DNA from: Octopus bimaculoides
Lineage: Eukaryota
Reading direction: 5' to 3'
NCBI RefSeq assembly: GCF_001194135.2
Contig: NC_068989.1
Location: 6,935,580 to 6,999,579, forward strand
Length of the DNA: 64,000 bases
Positions 49,381-62,100 of this stretch are shown here, piece by piece; position 1 is the stretch's first letter, and each line of letters starts with the position of its first letter. The notes under the pieces are model-generated. The model did not search any database, had not been told where the DNA came from, and was given only the letters and a program-made list of their open reading frames with translations. The position numbers and the translations under genes are program-made.

Positions 49381-50023
49381 AGAAACCAGATGCCATATCT
49401 ATTAAAGCAGGACTATTCCAAGGGGACACAACCTCTCCACCTTTTCTCTCCTCAGACGTTGAAAGCTTTAACAATCATGCAACACGTTAATGGACAGCAA
49501 ATACAAATGCTATTGCAATGGATTTCAGATGTATGCAACAAGTAACAAATAATTAGAAACGCTGTTACGTAAATTGTAAATATTCTGAAGGGAAATTAGA
49601 TTAAAATCTAGTTTAGAAAACTGCACCAAAGCAACCTTCAAGTGATGAAAATTAATAAAAACTATTCCTATCACGTCAGATAAGGAAGAGAGATATAAGA
49701 ATTAGGCCAAACACAGACTTACAAATACTTAGGAATTAATGAGGTAGACAGAATACAATACACAGATATTAGCAGAAGCTCGAAAAAATATAGATGTATA
49801 AGATTAATACTTAAAGGTGAGTTAAATGCGAACAACAAGATAATAGGTATCCATACTCTCGCTGTTTTTGTAATTAGTCATCAGTACAACGTTCTCAATT
49901 GGAAACTAAATGAATTAACAAGATTAGATAGGAAAATAAGTAAAATAATAAGTGTATTTCGAAGATACCACATAAATGACTATACATAAAATTAGTAAAT
50001 TATATTTACTGTCAACACAAGGA
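49381..50023 (+). pseudogene. R4/Dong-clade LINE reverse transcriptase relic
   Basis: AISIKAGLFQGDTTSP (QGDxLSP motif) / MYATSNK*LETLL...SLENCTKATFK / TYKYLGINE...RLILKGELNANNKIIGIHTLAV...NWKLNELTRLDRKI / KLYL. The YKYLG...ELN..NKI.AIN.LA.PV pattern is typical of R4/Dong. Multiple stops and frameshifts. Confidence 0.85.
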
Positions 50024-50050
50024 TGTATTCCTATATATGTATATAAATAG

Positions 50051-50081
<31 letters not shown>

Positions 50082-50145
50082 CATACATACATGCATACAA
50101 GCATATACACATATACATATATACACATGTATATATGTATGCATA

Positions 50146-50235
<90 letters not shown>

Positions 50236-50635
50236 CATATATATACGTACATGCATGCGTATACATGTACATGTATGTATACATGTACGAATGTAAATAT
50301 ACATATATGCAGATGTATACATATATATATATATATGTGTGTGTCTATGAGTATATACGTATAGAAGTATGTATGTAGCTATGTATGTGTAGTGTAGGAG
50401 TAAAAAATATATGTGTATATTGAGCTAAGATAAATAGAGTCTAACAGAAATAGCTACAAAATATGAACCAAACAAAAGTCTGTTTTCTACCCTTAGGGAA
50501 ACCAATATATATAGAATAGTGGCAGAAGTAACAACAGACATCAGTAATTAAAATAGAAAAACAGGAACAGAAATATTCAGAATATAACGAGACTAAATTA
50601 GAAAGAGGATTTCAAAATTCTATACTGAAATATTC

Positions 50636-50846
50636 TTTTCTACTCTAAGCACAGGAACCGAAATTTTGTGGGAGGGAACCAGTCGATTAGATCGATCCTA
50701 GTACACAAATGGTACTTAATTGATCGACCCCGAAAGGGCGAAAGGCAAAGTCTACCTCGGCGGAAATTGAACTCAGAACGTAACGGCAGACGAAATACCG
50801 CTAAGCATTTCACCAGGCGTGCTAACGTTTCTGCCAGTTCGCCGCC
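50636..50846 (-). mobile_element. SINE family B monomer (dimer-type head and dimer-type tail)
   Basis: Head GGCGGCGAACTGGCAGAAACGTTAGC; 3' end AAAATTTCGG...GTGCTTAGAGTAGAAAAG. Confidence 0.9.
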
Positions 50847-50914
50847 TTTCCATACCAAAATATTGACAAGGAAAGCTTCTGTATTCTTGTCTATGGCCAA
50901 TGCCTGACTGGGTG

Positions 50915-51573
50915 ATACTGAAATAAATGACGGTTAACATTCGGTGTTGATATTGATTGAATCTTTCATCGAAGTTAACACAAAAACTCATAAACAATGT
51001 AAATATCTGATAAATTGCGTAAAACGCATTGAAATGCCCGGATGCAGTACCAGGCATTGGGTTTCATGGCTTCTGATCTTAATTGATTGGAAGTGCTATC
51101 ATGTACATCGTTTTGTCTTGGTATAAAAGATGGGCTACAGCAAATATTCTGCTCAATACCACAGATTTGTTTGTCAGTTGTTTGACCTTAACCAGTTGAG
51201 CATGTTCTTTTGTGCATCCCTGATCATGAGCAGAAGTAGTGGAGGAGCATCATAGCCATGTTTCGAGAGGAATTCTTTGGGGTTTGAATAAATCACCTTT
51301 GGAAACATGGGTGTTTTGCTCAATATCCTTAAACAACCCTTATTGAAGGACCTTTTAAGCGGGTGGGCTATTCGACCTGAAGAAAATTCTAACTGGATCC
51401 CACCTGTGAGGTCATGCGCTGTTTACCTTGATATGAGATCACCATGTTGCACACATATGGTTGTGATGCATGTGCCTGGTGTACCCTTATCAGACGGGTA
51501 GTCATGATGGGTATAATGGGCTTCGTATATTTTACCCCAGTGTCACTCTGATGGCATGCACTGCTTCTCACTC

Positions 51574-51605
<32 letters not shown>
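50915..51605 (+). mobile_element. About 690-bp interspersed element ending in an (AAT)n tail (retroposon-like, unclassified)
   Basis: Complex sequence ending abruptly in CTCACTC-(AAT)n at 51573-51605. I recall it as an abundant octopus repeat; single copy here. Confidence 0.5.
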
Positions 51606-51606
<1 letters not shown>

Positions 51607-51894
51607 CATACGCAGTGGTTGGCTGACTACTGAGTTTTGGATAGTTTTGATACTTCCCACGAACTGCACCCAGACAATAAACAAACATCACATACTACGT
51701 GTAAAACTTAACATTAAGAAAACCTCGTATTGGTATTGTTGTTATTATTGTTAGTACAGCATCTGTTATTAGTGTTGTTGCTGTTGTATTTAAAGAGTGT
51801 GCGGATTATATATATTTTTTTTTTGTTGCTGTTGTTGTTTTCTGCTTGTTTCTTTTTTTTTTTTGTTTTTGAAAAGCTGCTGTGCTAATAGTTT

Positions 51895-52018
51895 TTTTCT
51901 CTTCTTCTTCTTCTTCTTCTTCTTCTTCTAATTCTTCTTCTTCTTCTAATTCTTCTTCTTCTTCTCCTCCTTATTCTTCTTCTTCTTCTTCTTCTTCTTC
52001 TTCTTCTTCTTTCCTCCT
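51895..52018. repeat. (CTT)n polypyrimidine array
   Basis: Direct reading. Confidence 0.95.
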
Positions 52019-53074
52019 TCACTAGTTTTCGTACCTAATGAAGCAATTATTATTATTTATTTAAAGTTTTAAAAATAATTTGAGAACAGAAGGAGAGGAG
52101 ATAAGAGAGAACAGAAAGATGAAAGAGAAACAGAGAGTGAGAGAGTGAGAGAGAGGGGCGGTTGGGTAGGAAAAAATGTGAAGTAGAATATACTTGGAAT
52201 TTCAGTCAGAGGGCTGCTCTTCCAGATAACTTTGTCTCATCCAATACAAACCATCGACCTAGAGAGATAACGCACTTGAAGCTTGCCTAATGAGAACTAC
52301 AAGTTGTCTAATCTAATCTAGAATCGGAACATTTAAGACATTTTCAAATATTAGATTTGCTTTATCAAAACGCACAAAAAAATTATAAATTAATAAAATA
52401 TTTCCGATTACAAAATGAAGCTTCGAAATATAGAGAAATGAGTTTTATTTAATAATTTAACAATATTTTTAACAATATTTTTCTTTTTCCTTTTTTCTTT
52501 CTTTCGTGTATTTCATGATTTATTAGAATTCTTTAGAACACGTTTCATTTCCTCGATTCATTTTTCCCGAAGAGCATCAAGATATGGTAATGTTTTAACG
52601 CCTGCAGAATATTATTTTCAATCTGTGTAATTTTAATAAGATGAAACTGAAAAGAAAATATAAAAAAAAAGACATTCAATTTTCTTTGTGAACCGGAAGT
52701 AAATAGTCCCCTCAAAAAATTTAAAAATAAGAAATCTTGAAAAAGGATTTTCCGTTCTCTATTATACTTCGTTTTATCTAGAATCCTTTTCGCGTTTTTC
52801 ATTAAATTATTTCATTCTCTATTATTCTTCCTGACTGTTAGTTCCATAACGCCGTTACGTGGAGGTGGTGACAGTGCCAGAGTAACAAGGCAAGTGTAAA
52901 CAAGTGTATTCTGTGTAACATGGTGCAGGGTTTGGCTAGCAACTTAAGTATGACATCGTAAAATAACGAATAAGATTTATCTCACGATTTTATATAAATA
53001 AACAAATCGTTTCAGGGTATATATACAGAAAAATATTTTATTTTTGTCCATGAATATTTGTATATAGGTGGTTG

Positions 53075-53164
<90 letters not shown>

Positions 53165-53180
53165 TACGTTATACGTTTAC

Positions 53181-53214
<34 letters not shown>

Positions 53215-53531
53215 ATACACATATATATAAACACACATAAATACGTATGTATATGTATATACCAATATATATGCACATATATATACATAGTACACATATG
53301 TATACATGTATGTATGTATGTATGAAGAAAACTCAAAATATTTTCTAAGGATCTATGTTCTGGAACGATTATATTGACATCAAGTCTGTATCAAAAGGAA
53401 TTTCCATTTATGGAAATAGAAAATGGAAATACGTTAATTTTGACGGCACAAAAGCGTTGTACATTCAAATGCATAAATTACCACAGACAGTAATATAACA
53501 TACAAGTGTGCTCTTATGTATATAAGTAATC

Positions 53532-53881
53532 TTTTCTATTGTAGGTGGCGGAGGATGGAGGCATCTGGTACTTAATTTATCGACCCCCAAAGGATGAAAG
53601 GTAAAGTTGATCTCGACGGAATTTGAACTCAGAACGTTAAGACAAACGAAATGCCGCTAAGCATTTCGTCGGGCGTGCTAACGTTTCTTATTGCTTTACT
53701 GCCCACAAGGGGCTACACACAGAGGGGACAAACAAGGACAGACAAACGGATTAAGTCGATCATATCGACCCCCGAAAGACAAAGTCGACCTCGGAGGAAT
53801 TTGAACTCAGAACATAAAGACAGACGAAATACCGCTGAGCATGTCGCCCGGCGTGCCCACGTTTCTGCCAGCTCGCCGCCT
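53532..53881 (-). mobile_element. SINE family B, dimeric copy with an 18-bp TSD
   Basis: Same two-monomer and linker structure as 6108-6514. Perfect flanking direct repeat TTATGTATATAAGTAATC at 53514-53531 and 53882-53899. Confidence 0.92.
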
Positions 53882-54477
53882 TTATGTATATAAGTAATCG
53901 CTTGATGTACGTGTATTTCGTGGATATCTTATACTATTTAAAAGGGAAAAGAAATGAACAGCTACTACGCATTTTACAAATAAACTCTCTAAACGAAACA
54001 GTGAAAATATGCTAAGCAAAACATTTCCATTTTACCGCTTTGTTATCTAAATTCCAGCGCTAGAACTTCATTCCTTTGTCAGAGAACAAGTTCGTCTATG
54101 TTAAAATTGAAACAATTCTAAGAACAAAAAAAGAAAAAGAAACATAATGTCATAAAGACATTGAAATGAATAAGAGTCTGATATTTAGCGAGACGTCTGT
54201 TTCTTTATTCTACGCTGACTCATGTAGTTTCCTATTAACAATATCATGTTTTATATTTAATTATATGCCAAAGATTTCGAGAACTTTCAAATATATTTAT
54301 AATGTTACACAATGTTCAGTTGCTTCGAGTATTTGTTCATCATTGCCTTCATTCGTTTTACAAAACAAATTCGATATAAGATGTAAATGTATACATGTGT
54401 GTATGTGTGTTTATATATGTATATTTACGTGTAACTGATAGAATTATACACGTACACATGCACCATATATGTATACC

Positions 54478-54586
<109 letters not shown>

Positions 54587-54656
54587 GTATGTATATAAAA
54601 TACAAAATGGGACAAGAACGCAAAACATCCAGACTGTTAGGTGATACAAAAAAGGA

Positions 54657-54687
<31 letters not shown>

Positions 54688-55849
54688 TATACACAGAGGC
54701 TGCGAGACAAACAGACAGACAGATACAGACATACATACATACATGCATACACGCATACAACCATACATACATACATACATACATACATATACACATACAC
54801 ACACCATTATTTTGATTTATTCAGTAAAAAACATGTGCAAGTAGATATGTATGTATTTACGTACGTACGTATATATGTACACATGAATGCATATATATAT
54901 ATATATATANNNNNNNNNNNNNNNNNNNNNNNNNNNNNNNNNNNNNNNNNNNNNNNNNNNNNNNNNNNNNNNNNNNNNNNNNNNNNNNNNNNNNNNNNNN
55001 NNNNNNNNNNNNNNNNNNNNNNNNNNNNNNNNNNNNNNNNNNNNNNNNNNNNNNNNNNNNNNNNNNNNNNNNNNNNNNNNNNNNNNNNNNNNNNNNNNNN
55101 NNNNNNNNNNNNNNNNNNNNNNNNNNNNNNNNNNNNNNNNNNNNNNNNNNNNNNNNNNNNNNNNNNNNNNNNNNNNNNNNNNNNNNNNNNNNNNNNNNNN
55201 NNNNNNNNNNNNNNNNNNNNNNNNNNNNNNNNNNNNNNACAACACCACCACCACCACCACCACCACCACCACCACAATTAATCATCTCATGAACGGTGCG
55301 TATTCTTTCGGGTAGAATCGTCATTCATGAATTTTATCTAAGTAATATAAATGAATTGAGAAAGAAACTGTTTAAACGTTAAAACCAACGGAAGAAAATA
55401 ATTTATCGTGAAATACAAAGATAAAAACAGAAAGGTAAGTAAATAGATGCAGGGTGTCTTTGAATGCCAATTCCTGCAGTTTCCGTACAAATGGAGAATG
55501 TGAACCGCTTCACAATTATTATGTCATTGCGTAAGGAAAGAAGATGCAATTAAGTTCCCTAATCTTAAAATTTCAGCAAGCTAAGAAATAAAGATTAGAA
55601 GAAAAAGAAATCTATGATCCTTTTATCTCCAAAGTTCCGATAAATTACTTAAAGACAAAATGAGGAGAGAGTAAAAAAAAAAAATAATAAAAAAATCAAT
55701 TGCCTGTATTTGTCTTTTATTCTCCTCATTGAAATGGAGGAATTGAGTTCCATCAGCATTAAACAGAAGGTCTGTTAGAAACATTGCCTTCACATACACA
55801 CACACACACACAGAGAAATATGTGTGTGTGTGTGTGTGTGTGTATACAC

Positions 55850-55884
<35 letters not shown>

Positions 55885-56289
55885 TGTATGTATGCATGCA
55901 TGGTGCATGAATGTATAAATATCTCAATATAAGTCATCTGCTAATGTAGAAATCTCGTGCATATTTGTTCATCTTAATGCTCGTTTCGAAGTGGAAATTT
56001 TATTTTTTATGTCCCTTTACGAGAATATTATTTGTATACTCTGTTATTTACCCTCATTTATTGTTCAATATTTCCTAAAGTGGAATGTTGTTAATCTACA
56101 ATGATAAGTTAGGGAATGACGTTGGTTGCGTTAATATGAAGGTTGATACGAGAGAAATAGATTGGCAGAACCAGCAGAGCGTTGAACTTCATGTGTGGTG
56201 ACTCTTCACGTTTTAAGTTCAAATCCCATTATGTGATTTTCAGCTTCCTTAACTCGATTTTTTTTTTAAATGCATCAATGAAGTATTAC

Positions 56290-56550
56290 TTACCGAGGGT
56301 TGTCATGAGCCCCAGGACTCATAAGACCTGAGCTTGACCTGGTTTTCATTGCGTTTGAGTAACTGAGATTTAAAAACTCCCTCCTCAATGGGCGCCAGAC
56401 CGTCGCAGCTAGTAGTGGAGTTCGTTTACAGCTGAATGGATTAGCAGCATTAAAGGAAATGTTTTGCTCAAGAGCACAACTCACAGCACCGTCTGGGAAT
56501 CGAGACCACGATTTTGCGATCGCGAATTTAAACACAATAACCACTAGGAC
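56290..56550 (-). mobile_element. SINE family C with a V-like 3' module
   Basis: Head ...TAGTGGTTA...GGTCTCGATTCCC, GTGCTCTTGAGCAAAAC, then GCGACGGTCTGGCGCCC...GAAAACCAGGTCAAGCTC..TTATGAGTCC. Confidence 0.75.
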
Positions 56551-56614
56551 ACACACCTTGACAATGAAGTACAATGATGTGGTCCTCTGCTCAAGTAAGA
56601 AATAAATGCAGGTG

Positions 56615-56775
56615 TGAAATTTTGGTAAAAAGCTAGCAATTTTGAGATCAACAGGTACTCATGTTTTCGACCCGAAAGGATGAAAGGAGAAGTTGACCAC
56701 GGCGGAATTCGAACTCAGAATATGAGGATGGACGAAATGACGCTAAGCATGCTAACGATTCTGCCAGCTTGCTGA
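56615..56775 (-). mobile_element. SINE family B monomer with an internal deletion
   Basis: Head AAGCTGGCAGAATCGTTAGC; body CCTTTCATCCTTTCGGGTCGAAAACATGAGTACC. Confidence 0.85.
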
Positions 56776-57542
56776 ATTAATGGAAGGAATAAATATCGGC
56801 TTCAAATTTTCAAAGACTTCCCAACCGTAAACATATCAACTACAATAGTCACTGTATCCTCTAATTTTTTTGTTTAAAGATGGCATGGTGCAATTTGGGT
56901 GTGATGTAGTTTTTATTTCTAGCAGACAGAGGCTCCCTCATTCACGGTTGTTGCTACTACAACTGCTACCGCTGCTGTTTCTGCTAGAGTGGGTACAATT
57001 GACTAACGGGATTATCGTATATGACTGATGTGAAGGTTATCTGATCTGGAAGGACGAAAGATAAAATCGTCCCTCGTTACATTTGAACTCACAGCGTTCA
57101 AAATCCCTTTCTAAATTGCACAAGGGAATCATGTACGGCTCTCTGCCACTTTATTTTACTATTGATCTAATAATAAGAACGTTATCAACAACCATAACAA
57201 AATCAGCAACGAGCCAGTACAGAAGTCTCTACGCAGTCGATCGATTTACATGAAATAACAACCAAGTCTGCTTCAAACTCCATCCAATATGGTAGGCGTG
57301 GTGGATATTGTGTTATGGGTCACTGGAATACACCTCATCGCTCGATCAGCGACCTCTTGGAACTTTGTAAGTCAACACCCGCCTCGTTGAACAGTCTCTA
57401 GCTATTGCGCCTTCCTCGAGACCCAGCAAGCAAAAGAATAAAATGCTCTACAGAATCATTATGCAAGTAAATAAAACAACACATACACTTATATAATCGA
57501 TGTGATTTACTTGCTCCTCCCCACCAAAATTGTTGGCCCTGT

Positions 57543-57698
57543 GAGCTGGAAGAATCGTTAGCACGCCGGGCAAAATGCTTAACGACATTTCATTCGTCTT
57601 TACGATCTTAGTTCAAATGCAACCGAAATCGACTTCTTTCATCCTTTTGAGTCGAAAACATGAGTACCTGTTGATCTCAAAATTGTTGGCTTTTTACC
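57543..57698 (+). mobile_element. SINE family B monomer with the same internal deletion
   Basis: GAGCTGGAAGAATCGTTAGCACGCC...CTTTCATCCTTTTGAGTCGAAAACATGAGTACC. Confidence 0.85.
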
Positions 57699-58730
57699 CA
57701 TTCACAGCAGAATGAACTGGAACAACATGAAATGCAGAGTCTCTTGAGTGTAGGACAAAATAACTTGAAATTTTTATTCCTGGCATTATGTGACCCGCCG
57801 AGGTCAGCATTGCCTTTCATCCTGTCGGGGTTCGATAAGGTTAAGTACCAGTCTAGAACAGTAAGTACTGCTCGTGCCTTAGCACTCACAAGTACTTACT
57901 TGTACATTCACCCTGGGTGGCTTAAGCTGGCTCTGACCATCGAGTTCACCACGTCCCTCACGAACGCTGATCATATCTGACGGTCAGACGTAACATTCCA
58001 GCGGACAAAGCAATGCTTCTGCCTGCGGTCCAAAGGCCCGGCCTCTAAATTTGACTAGGAAAGTAAGCGCGTCGGATAGTGCAGATGCTACAGCCGATGT
58101 CGTTGTTTGTAGAGGTGCAGAATTTATGTTCAGAATTTCAGTGGAAATACAAGTTTATATGTGGTCTCTAATGAACCAGAACTCATATGGCTGCCGATTA
58201 ACCAGGTTTCCATGGGTGTATAAGTGACCGAGATTACAACATTCCTCCTGAACGGCACCTCAGTCCATCATAGGCTTATCCATTCACAGTTGAATAGAAG
58301 CTGGCACAAAACTGTTGAAAGAATTGTAGTAAATAGCAGTAGCAGGAAGAAAAAGTAGGAAAAATGTTCAACTGCTACAATAACAAGAATATTGAGATAT
58401 CAGGAAAAAAAAAGAGCAAGAATTTGAGAGAAGAAAAGCAAGAAGGAGAATATGATCGAATAAAATTAAGTAAAAAAACAAAATGGGAATAATGATGTGG
58501 ATTATAAAATAAATGATGAACCTGATGAGTGATAATGAGGAGGGTAGAAATAATGACGATGAAGATGATAACGAAGTTGGTGATAATGACGGTGGCGTCG
58601 GTGGTGGTGGTGGTGGTGGTGGTGACGTCGATATTGAGCGCACATTTTAAAGATTGAATGTAACAAAGCATGCAACAGTGCAACCGACATATCATAAAAA
58701 TAACAACAACAACAGCAACAACAACAATAT

Positions 58731-58766
<36 letters not shown>

Positions 58767-59799
58767 CGATGATGATGATAATGACGACGACGACGACGAC
58801 GACGATGATGATGCTAGTGATGATGACGATGATGATAATGATGATGACGATGATGATAATGGTGATGAAAGAGATGAAGAAAAAAAGAGCATGCACAATG
58901 AACACAGAAGAGATATTCATTGGAATATAAAGGTGCACACACGGATAGAGCATGAAGATTACGACTTCAATCATGCTCGACAAGCACACAGAGTCCACCA
59001 TCTGTGAAGGTCACCTTTGAGAATAACTTTGTAACAAATAGCAAAAAAAATATTTCTTTTTTAATATGCACGCATACATACATACATACATACACATATA
59101 AACGTATATACATATATATACACGCACAAAAATGCACGCACGCACGCACACGCATATATATCTGTGTGTGTGTCTGATGAGGTTTCTATGTCTGTGTGTA
59201 TGTCTGTGTGTCCCTCTTACTTTTCCCCCCACTTTCAGTTATGCTACGGTTATAGTTTATTGACTGCCTCTCTCCTCCTACCGCAGTGCTGCTGAACCCC
59301 CTGTCTTTTGCTACTCTTTGAAAGTTTTGCCGCTTCTCGTCTTCCTCTCTCTTCTGTCTGTCTGTCTGTCTATTACTCTCTCTCTCCCCCTCTTTCTCTC
59401 TTTTGCTATCTATGTATCTATCTAATACTCTCAATATATCTTTCACTCCCCAACTTCCTTTATACTTTTATCCCCTCTCTTACTCTCATCATTTTTAATT
59501 TATCCATCTGCCTTTCTCTCTCTCCCCCCTTCTCTCTCTCTCTATATATATATATATCTATATATCACTCTCTCTCTCTCTCTCTGTCGCTTTTTCTCTC
59601 CCTCTCTATCTCTCTTTATCACACTCCCTCTCTCAATCTCTCTCTTCCATATTATTACCACCCCTTACTTGCCTTCGCCTACCTCTGTCTCTTTCTTTCG
59701 TTCTTGGTCATTCCTATTTTTTTAATTTTAATCAATATAAGCAGGAAACCAAATTTTGTATGTGCGAGTTCAAGTTACAAGGATGACCACATATAGTTT

Positions 59800-59945
59800 T
59801 CTCTTTTATCGGTTTCAAATTTTTAAAAAGAATCAAATAAATAAGATCGACTCCGGTTGAATTTGAACTCAGAGTGTATAGCTTGAAAAAAATGAGGCAA
59901 AGGATATTACTCGGGTGGTAACGTTTCCGCCAGATCGCTTCCACA
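59800..59945 (-). mobile_element. SINE family B, diverged
   Basis: GAATTTGAACTCAGAG...AACGTTTCCGCCAG. Confidence 0.7.
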
Positions 59946-60049
59946 GTATTTTAGTCTTATTAGCAATTCCGTGAGGTTTAAAGAAAATCGGTGAGCTGAC
60001 AGAATCGATCGGCAAAATTCTTAGTAGCATTTCTTCCGATTATCTTTGA

Positions 60050-60697
60050 TTTTTTTTATCTTCTGTTTGCTTCAGTAATTGAACTACGGCCATGCTGGGG
60101 CACCGCCTTAGTTCAGTTCTTGGTGCTTATTCCGTCGTCGTGGAGGCTCATAGCTTTAGCTTAGTGGTTAGGGATGTTGGACTCATGATCGTGAGACTGT
60201 GGTTTCGATTCCCGGACCAGGCGATGCATTGTGTTCTTGAGCAAGACACATCATTTCACGTTGCTCCAGCCCACTCAGCTGGCAAAAATGAGTAACCCGC
60301 CAGGTGGGGAATATACTCGCCATGGAAACCGGGAAACCGGTCCTTATGAATCTATATGACTCGGGAAGGAACTTTCCTTTTTTTTTTATATATATTATTA
60401 TTTCATCATCTCTTTTTACCGAACCGCTAAATTACGGGGTGATAAGTTGTGGGGACGTAAACAAACCAGCACCGGTTTTCAAAGAGTGGAGGGAATGAAC
60501 ACAAAAACAGACACAAACTCACACACACATATATATATGTAGACGATCAGCTTCTTTCAGTTTCCGTCTATCAAATCCACTCACAAGGCCTTGGTTGACC
60601 CAGGGCTATAGCAGAGGACACCTACCCAAGGTGCCACGCAGTGGAACTGAACCTGAGATCACGTGGCTGGAAGGCAAGCTTCTTACTACGCAGCCTG
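60050..60697 (-). mobile_element. SINE family A interrupted by a family C insertion
   Basis: A-tail at 60050-60110 resumes at about 60408 (TCTCTTTTTACCGAACCGCTAA) and continues through to the head at about 60697. Confidence 0.85.
60140..60375 (+). mobile_element. SINE family C with a V-like tail, nested in family A
   Basis: GCTTAGTGGTTAGG...GGTTTCGATTCCC...TGTGTTCTTGAGCAAGACAC...CAGCTGGCAAAAATGAG...ATGGAAACCGGGAAACCGG. Confidence 0.85.
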
Positions 60698-60699
60698 TT

Positions 60700-60845
60700 C
60701 TTCACGTTCTGAGTTCAAATCCCGCCGAGGTCAACCTTGTTTGTCTTCCCTTCGTGGTCGATTAAATAAAGTTCCAGTCTAGCACTGGAGTCGATGTATT
60801 CGACTTGTTTCCCCAACTCCCTTCAAAATTGCTAGCCTTGGACCC
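60700..60845 (+). mobile_element. SINE family B, 5'-truncated
   Basis: GTTCTGAGTTCAAATCCCGCCGAGGTCAAC...CAAAATTGCTAGCCTTG. Confidence 0.8.
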
Positions 60846-61164
60846 TGCTACCACTCGGCCTCCAATTCCGAGGGAATATCGTGACCTTGGCCATTTATAC
60901 GCCAGGGAAACAAGAAAACCGGTCTTATGAGTCATATATTTCAAAGAGAAATCGAAGAAATGTGATTTTCAATATAAATTCAATTATTGAGTACAAGAAA
61001 GGCGCGAGGGATTTTACAAGTGTGAGTGCTCCATGTTAAATTTAAGCACAAGGGGATATGAAATTTTAAGCAAAAATTCGCAAGTGCTTGGGAAAGAGAA
61101 ATAGAAAGATTAGGAAGCAGAAATAATTGAAGAGATAAACAGAGATGATCCATCCAGAAGACAG

Positions 61165-61300
61165 TCGGTGCAGTCATGGCTGGATGGTTAAGAAGCTCGT
61201 TTTGAAGTCATGTGGTTTCGGGTTCAGTCCCACTACGCGGCACCTTGGACAAGTGACTTTTGTTATAGCCCCGGGTCACCAATTTCTTGTGAGTGAATTT
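61165..61300 (+). mobile_element. SINE family A head, diverged
   Basis: GGTTCAGTCCCACTACGCGGCACCTTGGACAAGTG...TTGTGAGTGAATTTG. Confidence 0.8.
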
Positions 61301-61303
61301 GAA

Positions 61304-61335
<32 letters not shown>

Positions 61336-61360
61336 AAAAGAAGAAGAAGACAAGGGGGGA

Positions 61361-61440
61361 GGAGAGTGGAGATGAGCGGAGGAGAGTGGAGATGAGCGGA
61401 GGAGAGTGGAGATGAGCGGAGGAGAGTGGAGGGGAGCGGA
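61361..61440. repeat. 20-bp minisatellite (GGAGAGTGGAGATGAGCGGA) x4 inside a purine tract
   Basis: Three perfect units plus one variant unit. Confidence 0.9.
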
Positions 61441-62049
61441 GGAGGAGGAGAAAGAGAAGGAGAAGAAGAAGAAGAAGAAGAAGAAGAAACGCGAAAGCAA
61501 GAAGAAAATCTGACAAAAAATATAAAGCAAAAACGGAAAATAGATTTAAATGAAGTAGTATTAGCCAATATTTTTTTTATTTTTTCTAAATAACGATTTA
61601 AAAAATTACCGCAAAAGAAAAAAGAAAGAATCAAATGATACATAATTTAAGAAAATGGTGGAATATATATTAGAAAGGAAGAGATTATCTGTAGAAGAAG
61701 AGCCAAGGCAAAAGGAGCAACGAAGAGCAACAGCAACAACAACAACAGCAACAGCAAAAATAATAATTAACAGCGAAACTACTAAGAAACAAAGAAAGGA
61801 GAAATTGAAACCCTCCACACCCTTGAAATAATAAATGAATATAAATGAATAAGAGAATTAGGAAAAAATGAATGAAGAACGAATAAATCGATAGCATACA
61901 TATAGAAGTAGAAATATAAAATTTTAAAAAATATATATTATGAAATAAAAAAAAAAGTGAAATGATTAAAAGAAGAAGAAAAACAAAAATAAAGCAAAAA
62001 ATGTATTTCAAATCGGCTTTGATATTCGAAATCTTCGATATCCTCTACT

Positions 62050-62061
62050 GACGACGACGAC

Positions 62062-62100
<39 letters not shown>

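Noticed and set aside
58654-59007. Asp-rich ORF
   Set aside because: Derived from (AAC)n/(GAT)n arrays, with no domain or splice support.
61361-61440. Spaced repeat resembling a CRISPR array
   Set aside because: Contiguous 20-bp units without spacers in eukaryotic DNA; it is a minisatellite.
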